The notes under the pieces are model-generated. The model saw only the letters and a list, made by a program, of their open reading frames with translations. It ran no database searches and was not told the origin of the DNA. A stretch of DNA of 39,553 bases from Nemertoderma westbladi. Taxonomy: Eukaryota > Animalia > Xenacoelomorpha. Position 1 is the stretch's first letter; every line of letters starts with the position of its first letter. The stretch spans positions 1-39,553 of the forward strand of contig JAUCBJ010003825.1 of the NCBI GenBank assembly GCA_032718475.1. Direction: 5' to 3'. Positions 12,101-22,727 of this stretch are shown piece after piece. The position numbers and the translations under genes were made by a program.

Positions 12101-15100
12101 GTTAAACATCTGCTCGATCTTAAGATCTGTCTTCAGAGCCATGAAGGATGCTGTGGTGGTGTTGTATTGTGCTGGGATACCCAATATCGTTGGTACTTGT
12201 ATGGTTGATTCGCTGCAGATTAGATTCCTCTTGAAAAAGTAGTACTGGCCGTTCCTCGTGAGTTCCAATATTTTGTGAAGGGTTGTAAATATATTCATTT
12301 GTGAGGTTTCACGATGCTGCAAAGAAAATTAATTTGCATGCATTTAAGTAATTATTTTATGTTCAAACATCATTCGATATCAGATTCCTAAGTGGAGTTA
12401 AATAAATTAAGTAATAATTAATAATTTTGTCTCGTTATTTCTGTTAATTAATCATCATAGCAGATTTATATAAAAAGAGAATGGCTGGCTAGGTAGAACG
12501 CGTACATTATAAAAGATACAGAGTAATATGTGGACCTATTGTGTGTCATATGTGACAATTTAAGTAAGGGTGGTAGTGGTATAATTAAAGTGGGTGGGGG
12601 GGGGGGGGGGGTGTGTCGTTTGGGTAGGTCGGGTTGGACCAAAGTATGCAAGTACTGAAACAGACGGTACCCACCAAGGGCTGTAGGGGGTATGAGTGTG
12701 CGGCAGGCAGGCTGTTAACTGGTGTTGGGGAGCTACCGGTTTCCTGGCTAGTAAAGCCTGCCAAGCGGCAACAGTAGACGTTCTGCTGGTATTGTCTGCA
12801 TAAAATATTAATTACACAGGTTTACTAACATTAATCATTGTTCGCAGAATGTCCTCATCAAGGTAAAGATCGAAGAAGTTATCTGAATTAAGTTTCAGTT
12901 GGATGAATAGATTGGGTTTAAGTTGTTCATCGCGGTGAAGGTAATGGTGGAGATTCTCAGAGATAAATCGTTGAATAACATCGCTGATTTCAGGTGTTGT
13001 TCCAGTTTGTTGTTTAATCCAGTCAATGATGTTGTTTATGTTAAGATTAAGTCCTTCTTGTCCGAATACCAGACGTATTAGTCGGTGTAAGTTCTCTGTT
13101 CTTATATTTAGCTGTAAAAAAAATTAGTAAAATATTATTAATTATTATTATTATTATTAATTTCAAATGTTGTGCTTTTCTCTTTCAAATTTGTTCTAGA
13201 ATGTGTAAATATATGTATAGTTACAAATAATTCCTCACAACTAAATAAAGCTAGTAATTGTTGTTCTGAGTCAAAATGTAATTAATTTAATTAATTAAGT
13301 TAATCAATTAATTAATCATTAATTAAGTTTAAATAAAATTAGACTCCCATTGTTCATAATAGCTCTTTGTAGCTTTTATGCCCCTGCCTTTTTATTATAG
13401 AGTTTTGGGTATAGAATTTTAACCAAGTGGTATTGATGGATATTGGATATCGCTAAAAAATTTCCATTTTAAGCACATCAGTCTTTATGTTAAAATACTA
13501 AATTTTAATATATTTGCATTTATGTCAGAGTAGCTTGACTACCAGCCAATCCAATATAAATTGCAAAAAGTCTGCACATTATGGATTAATATAGTAAATA
13601 TCAGTTACCTCAAAGATTTCCAAATCCCGACCAAAGATATGAGATTTCATTTTGATAATTATATTTCTGGGGAATAAGTCAAATTCCTTCTTAATAAGAT
13701 GGATTTCCAATGTGGATCCGGCCCGTAATTCCTCGGAGTAGAAAGGAATGTGGATAACTCCAGACATATTCTCGGAAGTCACCTTCTCAAAGTTTTTGCA
13801 GAATCGGAGAGCTAGTTTAGCTGCAGTGGCCCTATAAAATAACATTCAATAGTATTTAACTAATACATTTCAATTCAATAGATTTAGATTTCTGTAATTG
13901 GGTATTCAAATAAAAAAACATTTATATTATATTTTAGTATATAATAGTGGAATTGAAGAATATTATTAGATTTCATAATTATATTTTATAATGTTTATAA
14001 GACATATAATACTATAGAGAGTTTCTGTATTCGATTAGTAGACTTACAAATCGCGTTTAGATATTTCAGTGGTGTTAGCCAGACTCTGGAAGTAGCTGTA
14101 GACATAGCTGACCAATTGCCAATCAGTTTCTGTGTTAAGCTTCTGAGCAACAACTGTCACCATAGCAACATTGGATAGCATCGTCTCTGTGGTTTCCTCC
14201 ATTAGGATTGTGAAAGCCGCAATTCTCAGTTCAGTTTCCTCACGTTCATTTAGGAAGATTGGTAGAACAATGGATCGAACCTAGAGATACACGATTATGG
14301 GAATTTAGTTTGTTCAATAAAATATGTTAATAGGCCACTAAATATTTATTGATTTTTCATTGTTTCTACTCTTTTTCCTGGTGTCAATTAGCGGTACCTA
14401 TGCACTTAAAAAATATCCGTGGCTTTCAGTGAATTCATGAGCTTACATGTGTAGGAGATCGAATCATAGATTTCTTCAGAGCTTTGATGGCTTCAGCGCG
14501 TACAATAACCTTCTCACTTCTCTTCTTTGTAATTTTGGCCAGGACGTCAAGATCTTGAGGTTTTCGTAGTTCCATGTTGGCAATGGCTTTGATTAGAATC
14601 AGTTTATCCTCTACATCTTGTTGTGCGACTTCCAGTTTTCTAAGCAGTGGCTGTAAATTTAAATACAAAATATTAATTGAAAATGTCATTTCATTGTCCC
14701 GAAGGATTTCATTTAAGGATATAATTTCAATGTTGACAAAATTATGCTTTAAAATAAAGTTATATTCCTTATATTCCCGTATTATATATAGTGTAGGTGG
14801 TACATAGTAAATACACATATGTATTTACTATGTATCTTCCAAAATATCTTTTATATTAATAATTTATTGATGCTTTAAATAAAACTATCAGTAATCATAA
14901 CAAGATAATCATATATTTATTGAACCATATTTACCTCAATAAGATTCACTGGACAAGTTTTACGTTCATTGCAAATGCGATTAACAATGGAGCCGTATGT
15001 CATCCAAACAGCATGCTTCAGCATCTTTTGTTCCATAATTTTAGAAAGAACCATAATCTCCTTTAAGGTTTCTGCTACTTGGATTTCATCAGTCCATGCC

Positions 15101-18100
15101 AATGACATGGTCTTGAAGAAAGCTGGCAGGAAGAATTTGACCTTATCAAAGTCTGTTGAAATCTGAAAACATGGAATAAATATAAACAAACTGCACACAA
15201 GAACGACTCAAAGGTATATTAAATTATGTACGAAAATACTAAATATTAAATATTACATTATTTTAATTAAAATCTCCCATAATCGTGGTTTTTTGATTGT
15301 GGTATATTTCGATTTCATGTAGGCTTACTTACTGTTTCCAACAAACAATTTAAATAGATGCATGTTGTTTATGTATATCTTACTACTACTACTACTACTA
15401 GGTCGAGCGAACTCGGACAGAGTGTCATGTATATCTTATTATTTGAATATGTATTATTTGTATATCATACACAAGTATGATGTGCGTACCCGTATATCTT
15501 CTATAACTATTTATTTATTTGCGCTAATATTACCTTTCAATCTCATATATGTAAATTCGTATAAAACTTACTTACCATATTTTAATGCTACCATGTTGTG
15601 TTATACAAGTTATACAAGTTTAACTTGATGAGAATTTCATTTGACAGAGCTCACTAATTTAATTGAAATCATTATTCACATACCAGATCTTTGACAATCT
15701 TTATGGTTGATGTTGTTGGAGTTGATGCCATGACATCGAAGAGAACTTGAAAGGCTCGTTTATCAGTAATGTATCTATCCACCAGAGCACGTACTGTTAC
15801 TTTATTGCATGCCTTCATGTACTTTACAAGCATTGTGAACTTTTCTGGCATTTCCTTAGCAAGAATCTAAAACAAAAGATAGAAGCAATACATTGAAAAA
15901 ATATAAGAAAACATATTTGTAATTTCCGAAATAAATTTATCTTAGAAGTTTTTGAATTGAGACTGCAGTACAAAGCTGGTGTCCAGTTAATCACAGCTGA
16001 TACATCTGAAAAATCGAAATATCTTCTAATTACCATATTTTATTATATTTTAACTATTATATTTATATTATAACTGAAATAGGTAGATGAAAAGTTCGGA
16101 GTTTTTATTAATTATAAAATTATAAGTATATTAGGCTATCAAATAATAATAAATATATTTCGGCGGGTAATTCCCGTCATTTTCAATAACTATAGAACAG
16201 AATTGCATAAAACAGAATTGTATAAATTGTAATACTGTAGTACAGTAATATGATTGCACATTATATGTATAGAAAAGGGCTACGTTACCGGTACAACTTA
16301 CGAACTTTTCATCTACCTATTTCAGTTTGATATTATAACGATTATTCATATATTATAACGATTATTCATATATTATAACGATTATTCATATATTATAACG
16401 ATTATTCATATATTATAACTATTATTCATATATTATAACGATTATTCATATATTATAACTATTATTCATATATTATAACGATTATTCATATATTATAACG
16501 ATTATTCATATATTATAACTATTATTCATATATTATAACGATTATTCATATATTATAACGATTATTCATATATTATAACGATTATTCATATATTATAACT
16601 ATTATTCATATATTATAACGATTATTCATATATTATAACGATTATTCATATATTATAACTATTATTCATATATTATAACGATTATTCATATATTATAACT
16701 ATTATTCATATATTATAACTATTATTCATATATTATAACGATTATTCATATATTATAACGATTATTCATATATTATAACTATTATTCATATATTATAACG
16801 ATTATTCATATATTATAACTATTATCCATATATTATAACTATTATCCATATATTATAACTATTATTCATATATTATAACTATTATCCATATATTATAACG
16901 ATTATTCATATATTATAACTATTATTCATATATTATAACTATTATTCATATATTATAACTATTATTCATATATTATAACTATTATTCATATATTATAACT
17001 ATTATTCATATATTATAACTATTATTCATATATTATAACTATTATTCATATATTATAACTATTATTCATATATTATAACTATTATTCATATATTATAACT
17101 ATTATTCATATATTATAACTATTATTCATATATTATAACTATTATTCATATATTATAACTATTATTCATATATTATAACTATTATTCATATATTATAACT
17201 ATTATTCATATATTATAACTATTATTCATATATTATAAATATATAAAAATAATAAAACTAAACCTTAATATTCTCCCAGTTCTTGACTTCTTCGATAATT
17301 TCAACAATAGCTTCTTTTATATCGTGTTGAATGACGTTGGTTTCTTCAACCTCGTGCGCGACTACAACTGGGACTTTGAACATCAGATCACCTCGAACCG
17401 TAAGACCTTCAATTTCTGGTACATTGAAAACGGTTTCTCCCTCAATATTGATGGTGGTCAGAATTTGTCTGAATTAAAAATTAACATTGATTATTAAATA
17501 AAACTATAAACTCGCGATTTAACTACAGTAATATATATTTTTATGTCAATGTTTAGTATCTAAAACATATTTATATTTATAATTATAATAATTAAAGAAT
17601 TTATAAATATTATATAATTAATAGTTATGCAATAATATTAATGTTACACAATATAACTATCTATAATCTTCAATAATAATAATATATAATAGTTAAATAT
17701 TTACCGAAATATTTACTTACTTGGCTTGGAACGTTGGTGTTAATTGTTGGTTAGTGAAAGGAACAAACATGAAACCGCCACGGCCGACAACCTTTTCAAT
17801 AAGGAACTTAGTGTCAGTTTTTTCGATTAATTTGTATTGGAATGTAGAAGATTTTCGGAATGTCTTCTCAGGTGTCTAAAAAAAAATAATTCAATACTAT
17901 AATACATAATAATCTTTTATTATACAATTTTTGTTGGGCAAAGCTTTGCAAAGTCGGCAATGACGACCAGGTGGCGGGTTAGAAGTTTGACGCTCTAACC
18001 ATTCAGCTAGCGGCTCAGGTAAAAGGTAGTCCTGGAACTACCACCTTATACCTTGTATGTCCGCAATTTACCTCCTCATGGCCTCCCATCTGTCAATACC

Positions 18101-21100
18101 ATCACATGCTGCCGCTGGGCTCAACCCTATCGTACTTGGCCGTCTTTAACCACTCGCTACAATGAAAGGGTAGTGTATACTAACCATGAACCAGAACCAT
18201 CACGGCTACAATGATTAATTATACACTCTAGCTACTAATTTAGTCAGGACAGTTATAATAATATGAAACCACTCATTCACCAAAAACACCAGTAATAAAT
18301 TATAATAAACTTTTACTGAAGCAAGTTGTATAGCGAATATTGATTAAACATTAAAACAAGAATATCTGAATAAAGGTGTTACGAAATAAAAGATATATCC
18401 GCTTCTAAGTCTATAATTAATATATTGCACTGTGCTGGGTCTTATGGGCGCTAATTGTCTCCAACACGCCGTAAAAACAATTCTCACCCGCCGTACAAAG
18501 TTCTATATTTTGTACCTAATTTTCTACCTACGTAGTTACATAATATTTGTTATATTGAAAGTTTACAAGATTACTATAACTACTAACTACGGCATATAAA
18601 TTAGGATTAGTAGTTTCATTACGGTTTAGGTTTTATACTGACCCATAATTTACTGTTATAGATTTCTATCTATATTTGATAGAGGGAAGGAGTGAACACA
18701 TATGGATTTAATTCTGGGTAAGAAAACTTGAGTTGGGATGTTGGAAAATGGAATTTCGGTAGTTCTTACTCTTTTCAAGATAAAGCGATAATCATACCGC
18801 TAATTAATTAAATTAATTTATTAAATGATTTTGTTAGATTACCACCTTCAGCTACCGGTACAGATTAAAATATGCTATTACTCGTTGTGCTAAAAGGAGA
18901 GGGCGAACAAAGACCTGTGGCGATGACAACAACAATAACAACAATATACTAAGTACATTAGATTTTCTAAATAAATATACCACAACAATATTTATTATTG
19001 TAATAATTTGTACAATAATTTGTAAACTTACAGTGAAATCTTTGGCGAATTTTGTGGATGTTTTTACAAACGAAACATCGTCAACGCAGTTTTCCAAGTT
19101 TCGAGTTTTGGTTACTTCAATATTCTTGGAAATTTCACCGGTTTTAAATACAGTGTATGTGGTGTCGCATTTACCATCAACTCCAACCTAGAAGAACGTA
19201 AAATAAAAATAAAATCACTCAATTCAATTAAAATAAATTGTTCTTTTTTTATTGTTTCTGATGAAACGTACAATACATATATTCCTGTTATATAAAAAAC
19301 AATTTAGTTAATATTAGTTATTACTATTCATTATTTTGTTATTCATGGAGTTTTTTCAATGCTTACTACTGCAGTTTATTCAATGTGGTGTATTTTTTAT
19401 TACTATTTTTTTTATTACTATTACTATGTTTATTACTATATTGATATAAATGATATACATAACCGAATACAGTACAACTACAATTGACTAGCTTTGCACA
19501 TTATTATGAAGGTGTAAAATGTGCAACGCTATAAACAAAGTGTAGAAATTAAAATATCACTACCGTTTATTCCAAATGTTATATCTATATTGTCTTTTAA
19601 GGTAAATATTATATGAATTTGGATAGCAACTGCTTGATTAAATGATACGAATCGCAGTCGACTTTGGCAGTTGTAACACGATGAGTTAACTGACTTGAAG
19701 ATTCGTGCTGGTTAATTTTCGATGATATGTTCTGTTCCTGTACATTATTAGTGGGCACTGATGTAATATAAAATAAAATCTAAAATCGAATGTTTTGTTA
19801 ATTCTATACAGAACCTATATGCCATAGTGGGTCTATTCCACTGGCCACTTCAATTATTCAATACATTTTATTACAGGATCTTACAGGTTAGATTAAATAT
19901 CATTTTTACTCACTTCCATAAATGTTTTGTCAGGTTGGAATTCTTTCAATTCAATTTGAATTAAGTTGATGATACCTTTAAAGATGTTAAGAACCTCGTC
20001 AGGCAATTCACTCTTAGCTTCAATCTCGAAAACCTTTCCATCGACATACTTGAAAACAACCTGATTTTCCACCAACACTGGCTTTAGTTTGTTCATTAAT
20101 TCCTGGTTTATTCTCTTGACATCAAGAGATTCTTCCTCCTTCTCCCAAGTTCCCTCAACATCGTAAAGACGAGGGTTAACAATCTGTAATATATATATGA
20201 TTAAGTTACAGCAGATAGTTAACGTATTCAAATGGAAATTCGACCTGAAAAATAATTTCCGGATGGATTATCCAAATTCAAAGCATGACAACAAATATTG
20301 CTTGAATATATTAAATAATATGCATCGAATGAAATAATTTATTACCTTGAGCATAACTCGCCTCTCATTCATAGGGATGAACTCAACCCGCGACTCAATA
20401 AGAAAACCAACATGTTTTTTCACCAGACCTTCCAAACTAGTCACCACATAGCCGCGGTAATCGAATACAAATTTCTTCAGTTCATTTGTTTCCGTCTCCA
20501 GGCCTATAATGAAATTATGCATATTCACAATTTGCACTTGGGTTTGGGGGGGGGGGGGGGGGGGGGGGGTGGGTGGAGTACGTCAATATATATTTTGTAG
20601 AAAATTGTGTTAATTTCTGCATTAGAGTTAATCATCACTCTTTGAATTAATGGAAAACAATTAATAATTGTATTGCAGTTATACGCTTCCTCAGCTCATT
20701 ATAACAGGCTACTTCTAGTGTTGGTATTTTTGTTAACTTCAATAAACCAAAATTTCGACAGTTAACTTTGAAACTCCTCAGGCAATGTCTGATTACATGA
20801 ACATAAGCTCAATCATATGGTATGATTGATCATATGGATGAATTTGTTTACCTGGGATAATTAATCCGGAAGTCAGGTGAGGACTTCGAATATGTATGGG
20901 AAAGGCATGGGAAGCATTGAATAGGCTGTCCAGGATTTGGATGTCATATGGGATACGTCGGAAACTTAAGGTTCGACTATTTGGAGCAGCAGTAGAACCA
21001 GTTCTCCTATATGGGAGTCCATTCTTTAGAATATCAGTTGAACCAGTACTCCTATATGGGAGTCCATGCTGGGCTCTAACTGCTGAGGACATCAACACTG

Positions 21101-21758
21101 TCTTGTGCATGCATGCACAAGAATGCTACGTCGAGTTTATTGTCAAGTACAATGCACACATCTCCAACCAGACCCTATACACATTGGAGGTGTCTCATTG
21201 TTCCCCCAAGCTTGAAACTTGAACATAGCCGCCTCCACGTCACTTAGTAGGAAATTGCTTTCGCCATGAGGAGCAATCTGTTCACAATCTTGGTCTTTGG
21301 CAGACTCATGGAGAAAATAAGCATGGTGGGCAGCTCATGAGACGCCTCTTAAAGGACACAGGCATTGAAGATTCAAGAAAATTCATGGGGTGTAGGGCGT
21401 TATTGCGGCGCAATTTTGTTGATAAGCCGGCATAGCATTCTTAATGCATGCTACATTGCAGCATACCGATTATGGATTACATTGTGGCCACACAATTTTG
21501 TTGTTAATCAGGCATAGCAAACTCAATGCGCTGAGCAGGTGTAATGCAGCACGCCGATTATAATAGCATAGTGCTAGAAAAGAAAAGTTTTGGCTGCAGG
21601 TCAGTGCTTGTGGCGCTAACACAACCGTTGGGCCTCACTTACCACCACAGTGAGGAAACACTTTACTTTAGATGTAAATAATTATATTGTCACTTACCTC
21701 GGAAAGGAAACGCCTGAGCTGCCAACACGGCGGTTAGCAAAAATAAAATCCAACTCAT
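5948..21758 (-). CDS. vtg: Vitellogenin (large lipid transfer protein family), 22 coding exons, 1531 aa
   Basis: Exons (minus strand): 21698-21758, 20346-20503, 19914-20183, 19032-19187, 17721-17875, 17264-17468, 15684-15866, 14935-15162, 14447-14650, 14048-14280, 13609-13831, 12830-13111, 12036-12316, 11069-11257, 10689-10957, 9937-10104, 9583-9772, 8955-9268, 8471-8657, 7131-7320, 6644-6929, 5948-6111. All introns are GT..AG, phases join, total 4596 nt. Motifs: signal peptide MSWILFLLTAVLAAQA; LNIFKGIINLIQ; EVGVDGKCDTTY; ETELRIAAF; ETDWQLVSYVYSY; PTILGIP; VWD motifs TFDG and CGILGNWNG..EDD; C-terminal CFSAMPLLTCRQGC..GFFC..CTC..C as in vitellogenin Ct domains. Confidence 0.92.
6644..6929 (-). 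CDS. vtg: vtg exon 21 (VWD end and Ct domain)
   Basis: VAPMFHSSLCGILGNWNGIQEDD...FVHSWL...CFS...CRQGC; CAG / GTAAGT. Confidence 0.92.
7131..7320 (-). CDS. vtg: vtg exon 20 (VWD)
   Basis: YINLLPQLTVQVNDQ...TVTFK; TAG / GTAAGT. Confidence 0.88.
8471..8657 (-). CDS. vtg: vtg exon 19 (start of VWD domain)
   Basis: IGKVLRNSVETFDGLRLPLELPPKCKFVLTKEC...; AAG / GTGAGA. Confidence 0.85.
8955..9268 (-). CDS. vtg: vtg exon 18
   Basis: YTYTFYYVLER...TSPRTFDV...QKLQ; CAG / GTAAGT. Confidence 0.88.
9583..9772 (-). CDS. vtg: vtg exon 17
   Basis: TTTFTKKCLTL...FGNTCQHK...YMK; CAG / GTAATT. Confidence 0.85.
9937..10104 (-). CDS. vtg: vtg exon 16
   Basis: (V)EFTTDRLVVIEL...APLTT; CAG acceptor is the last copy of a 34-bp repeat; GTAAGT donor. 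Confidence 0.8.
10094..10297. repeat. 34-bp perfect tandem repeat x6 containing the vtg exon 16 splice acceptor
   Basis: GGTGAACTCAACTGAAAGTACACACCAAGGTTTA at 10094, 10128, 10162, 10196, 10230, 10264. Confidence 0.95.
10689..10957 (-). CDS. vtg: vtg exon 15
   Basis: DDLMHFIKKP...MFVDP; TAG / GTAACT. Confidence 0.85.
11069..11257 (-). CDS. vtg: vtg exon 14
   Basis: YATERFAYLGFD...; CAG / GTAAGA. Confidence 0.88.
11324..11597. repeat. 15-bp AT-rich minisatellite (TTAATAAATTAACTA), ~18 copies, vtg intron 13
   Basis: Direct reading. Confidence 0.95.
12036..12316 (-). CDS. vtg: vtg exon 13
   Basis: HRETSQ...QVPTILGIP...FQP; CAG / GTAAGT. Confidence 0.88.
12830..13111 (-). CDS. vtg: vtg exon 12
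   Basis: LNIRTENLHRLIRLVFGQEG...RTMIN; CAG / GTTAGT; not in ORF track. Confidence 0.82.
13609..13831 (-). CDS. vtg: vtg exon 11
   Basis: ATAAKLALRF...FPRNI...DLEIFE; TAG / GTAACT. Confidence 0.88.
14048..14280 (-). CDS. vtg: vtg exon 10
   Basis: VRSIVLPIFLNEREETELRIAAF...ETDWQLVSYVYSY; TAG / GTAAGT. Confidence 0.9.
14447..14650 (-). CDS. vtg: vtg exon 9
   Basis: PLLRKL...LIKAIANM...VRAEAIKAL...; CAG / GTAAGC. Confidence 0.9.
14935..15162 (-). CDS. vtg: vtg exon 8
   Basis: ISTDF...AVWMTYGSIVNRIC...LIE; CAG / GTAAAT. Confidence 0.9.
15684..15866 (-). CDS. vtg: vtg exon 7
   Basis: ILAKEMPEKFTMLVKYMK...IVKDL; TAG / GTATGT. Confidence 0.85.
16072..16327. mobile_element. MITE-like element with perfect 27-bp TIR, vtg intron 6
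   Basis: AACTGAAATAGGTAGATGAAAAGTTCG (16072-16098) is the exact reverse complement of 16301-16327. Confidence 0.75.
16330..17238. repeat. 20-bp minisatellite (ATATTATAAC[G/T]ATTATTCAT), ~45 copies, vtg intron 6
   Basis: Direct reading; G/T variants mixed in the first part, T only in the last part. Confidence 0.97.
17264..17468 (-). CDS. vtg: vtg exon 6
   Basis: QILTTINIEG...RGDLMFK...ENIK; CAG / GTTTAG; not in ORF track. Confidence 0.85.
17721..17875 (-). CDS. vtg: vtg exon 5
   Basis: TPEKTFRKSSTFQYKL...FMFVPF...; TAG / GTAAGT; not in ORF track. Confidence 0.85.
17928..18126 (-). mobile_element. Interspersed repeat with tRNA-derived head, copy 2 (B box deleted), vtg intron 4
   Basis: High similarity to 4474-4690. 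Confidence 0.65.
19032..19187 (-). CDS. vtg: vtg exon 4
   Basis: VGVDGKCDTTY...TKTRNLENC...; TAG / GTAAGT. Confidence 0.9.
19914..20183 (-). CDS. vtg: vtg exon 3
   Basis: IVNPRLY...LNIFKGIINLIQ...FME; CAG / GTGAGT. Confidence 0.9.
20346..20503 (-). CDS. vtg: vtg exon 2
   Basis: (G)LETETNELKKFVFDYRGYVVTSL...VMLK; TAG acceptor, GTAAT donor. Confidence 0.88.
20684..21572 (+). mobile_element. Degenerate RTE LINE 3' fragment in vtg intron 1, antisense to vtg
   Basis: GKAWEALNRLSRIW..RKLKVRLFGAAVEPVLLYGSP matches the RT ORF at 33039-34067. Confidence 0.88.
21698..21758 (-). CDS. vtg: vtg exon 1 (signal peptide MSWILFLLTAVLAAQAFPFR)
   Basis: ATG at 21758, hydrophobic leader, donor G|GTAAGT, phase 1 matches exon 2. 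Confidence 0.85.
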
Positions 21759-21870
21759 CGTTTTAGTTCTATGTCAATACCGCGGATTTTCTTAGAAATG
21801 TAAAATCTAAATAAGTATTATTTATTTAGCAAATCCAAATAATGATATTAATTTGTAATTTTCTCTCCCC

Positions 21871-21877
21871 TTTTATA
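21871..21877 (-). promoter_or_regulatory. Candidate TATA box (TATAAAA) of vtg
   Basis: TATAAAAGGGG on the minus strand ~113 bp upstream of the ATG. Confidence 0.5.
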
Positions 21878-22727
21878 TGAAAATATTCGGATATTGTATC
21901 AAATTAGGACGCCATCGATTGGGCCTTTCATATTGTAGGGTTCGTTTCATAATTGTTTCGGGTGAAAGATAACCATGCTAAGTATGCTGCAATAACAGCC
22001 AACTACGGAGGGCAAATACCTAATTGTCTAACATTGAATTGATACATTGAGTAAGTTTTAATTATTGATACATATAATGTAGTCGGGGTTTATGCATGAA
22101 TGTTTCCCGTGTATCTTTGTGTGAGCCTAGATGGCAGATATTAGTGATAAGAGAACAACTGGGGATTGAGATTGCTACATTTTCGTCCACATTTGATTGA
22201 CTTATGGTTTGGCGTCACAGGACTTATAAGTGATAGGAATTGTCTTTTGCTATGTTTTTGGCTATATTGGCTATTCTAAAGTAAACATTATTTTAAGCTT
22301 CTGCTACGGAAAATAATATTTCAATTATCTATTTCAAATATTGTTTTGTCAAATTACATTTTCAAAATGATATTTAGACATTTTGATAAGTCGGTTGCAA
22401 ATTGATATAATATTGCCATGTAAATTTCATTTACTATAGCAGAAACAAAGTTTGCTCTAGAAAGTAAGTTAGTTCTCCATACAAGTCCAAACAAATTAGA
22501 AAATCTATGTCTACCTGCGTGCAAGTGGATGCGCCAGCAATATGTGGTGATAATGTAGTATATACAATTAGTGGATATGAGTCAGAATATTTATTTTTTA
22601 GCTTTCAAATTTTTGCTACAATATTTACCACAACAGTGTCACCTCCATCAATCACCAATATCGCTTGGTTATGTTGATACCAAATCTGTAGCAAATATGA
22701 ATTTTGTTGAAGAATAAATTAGTCTTA

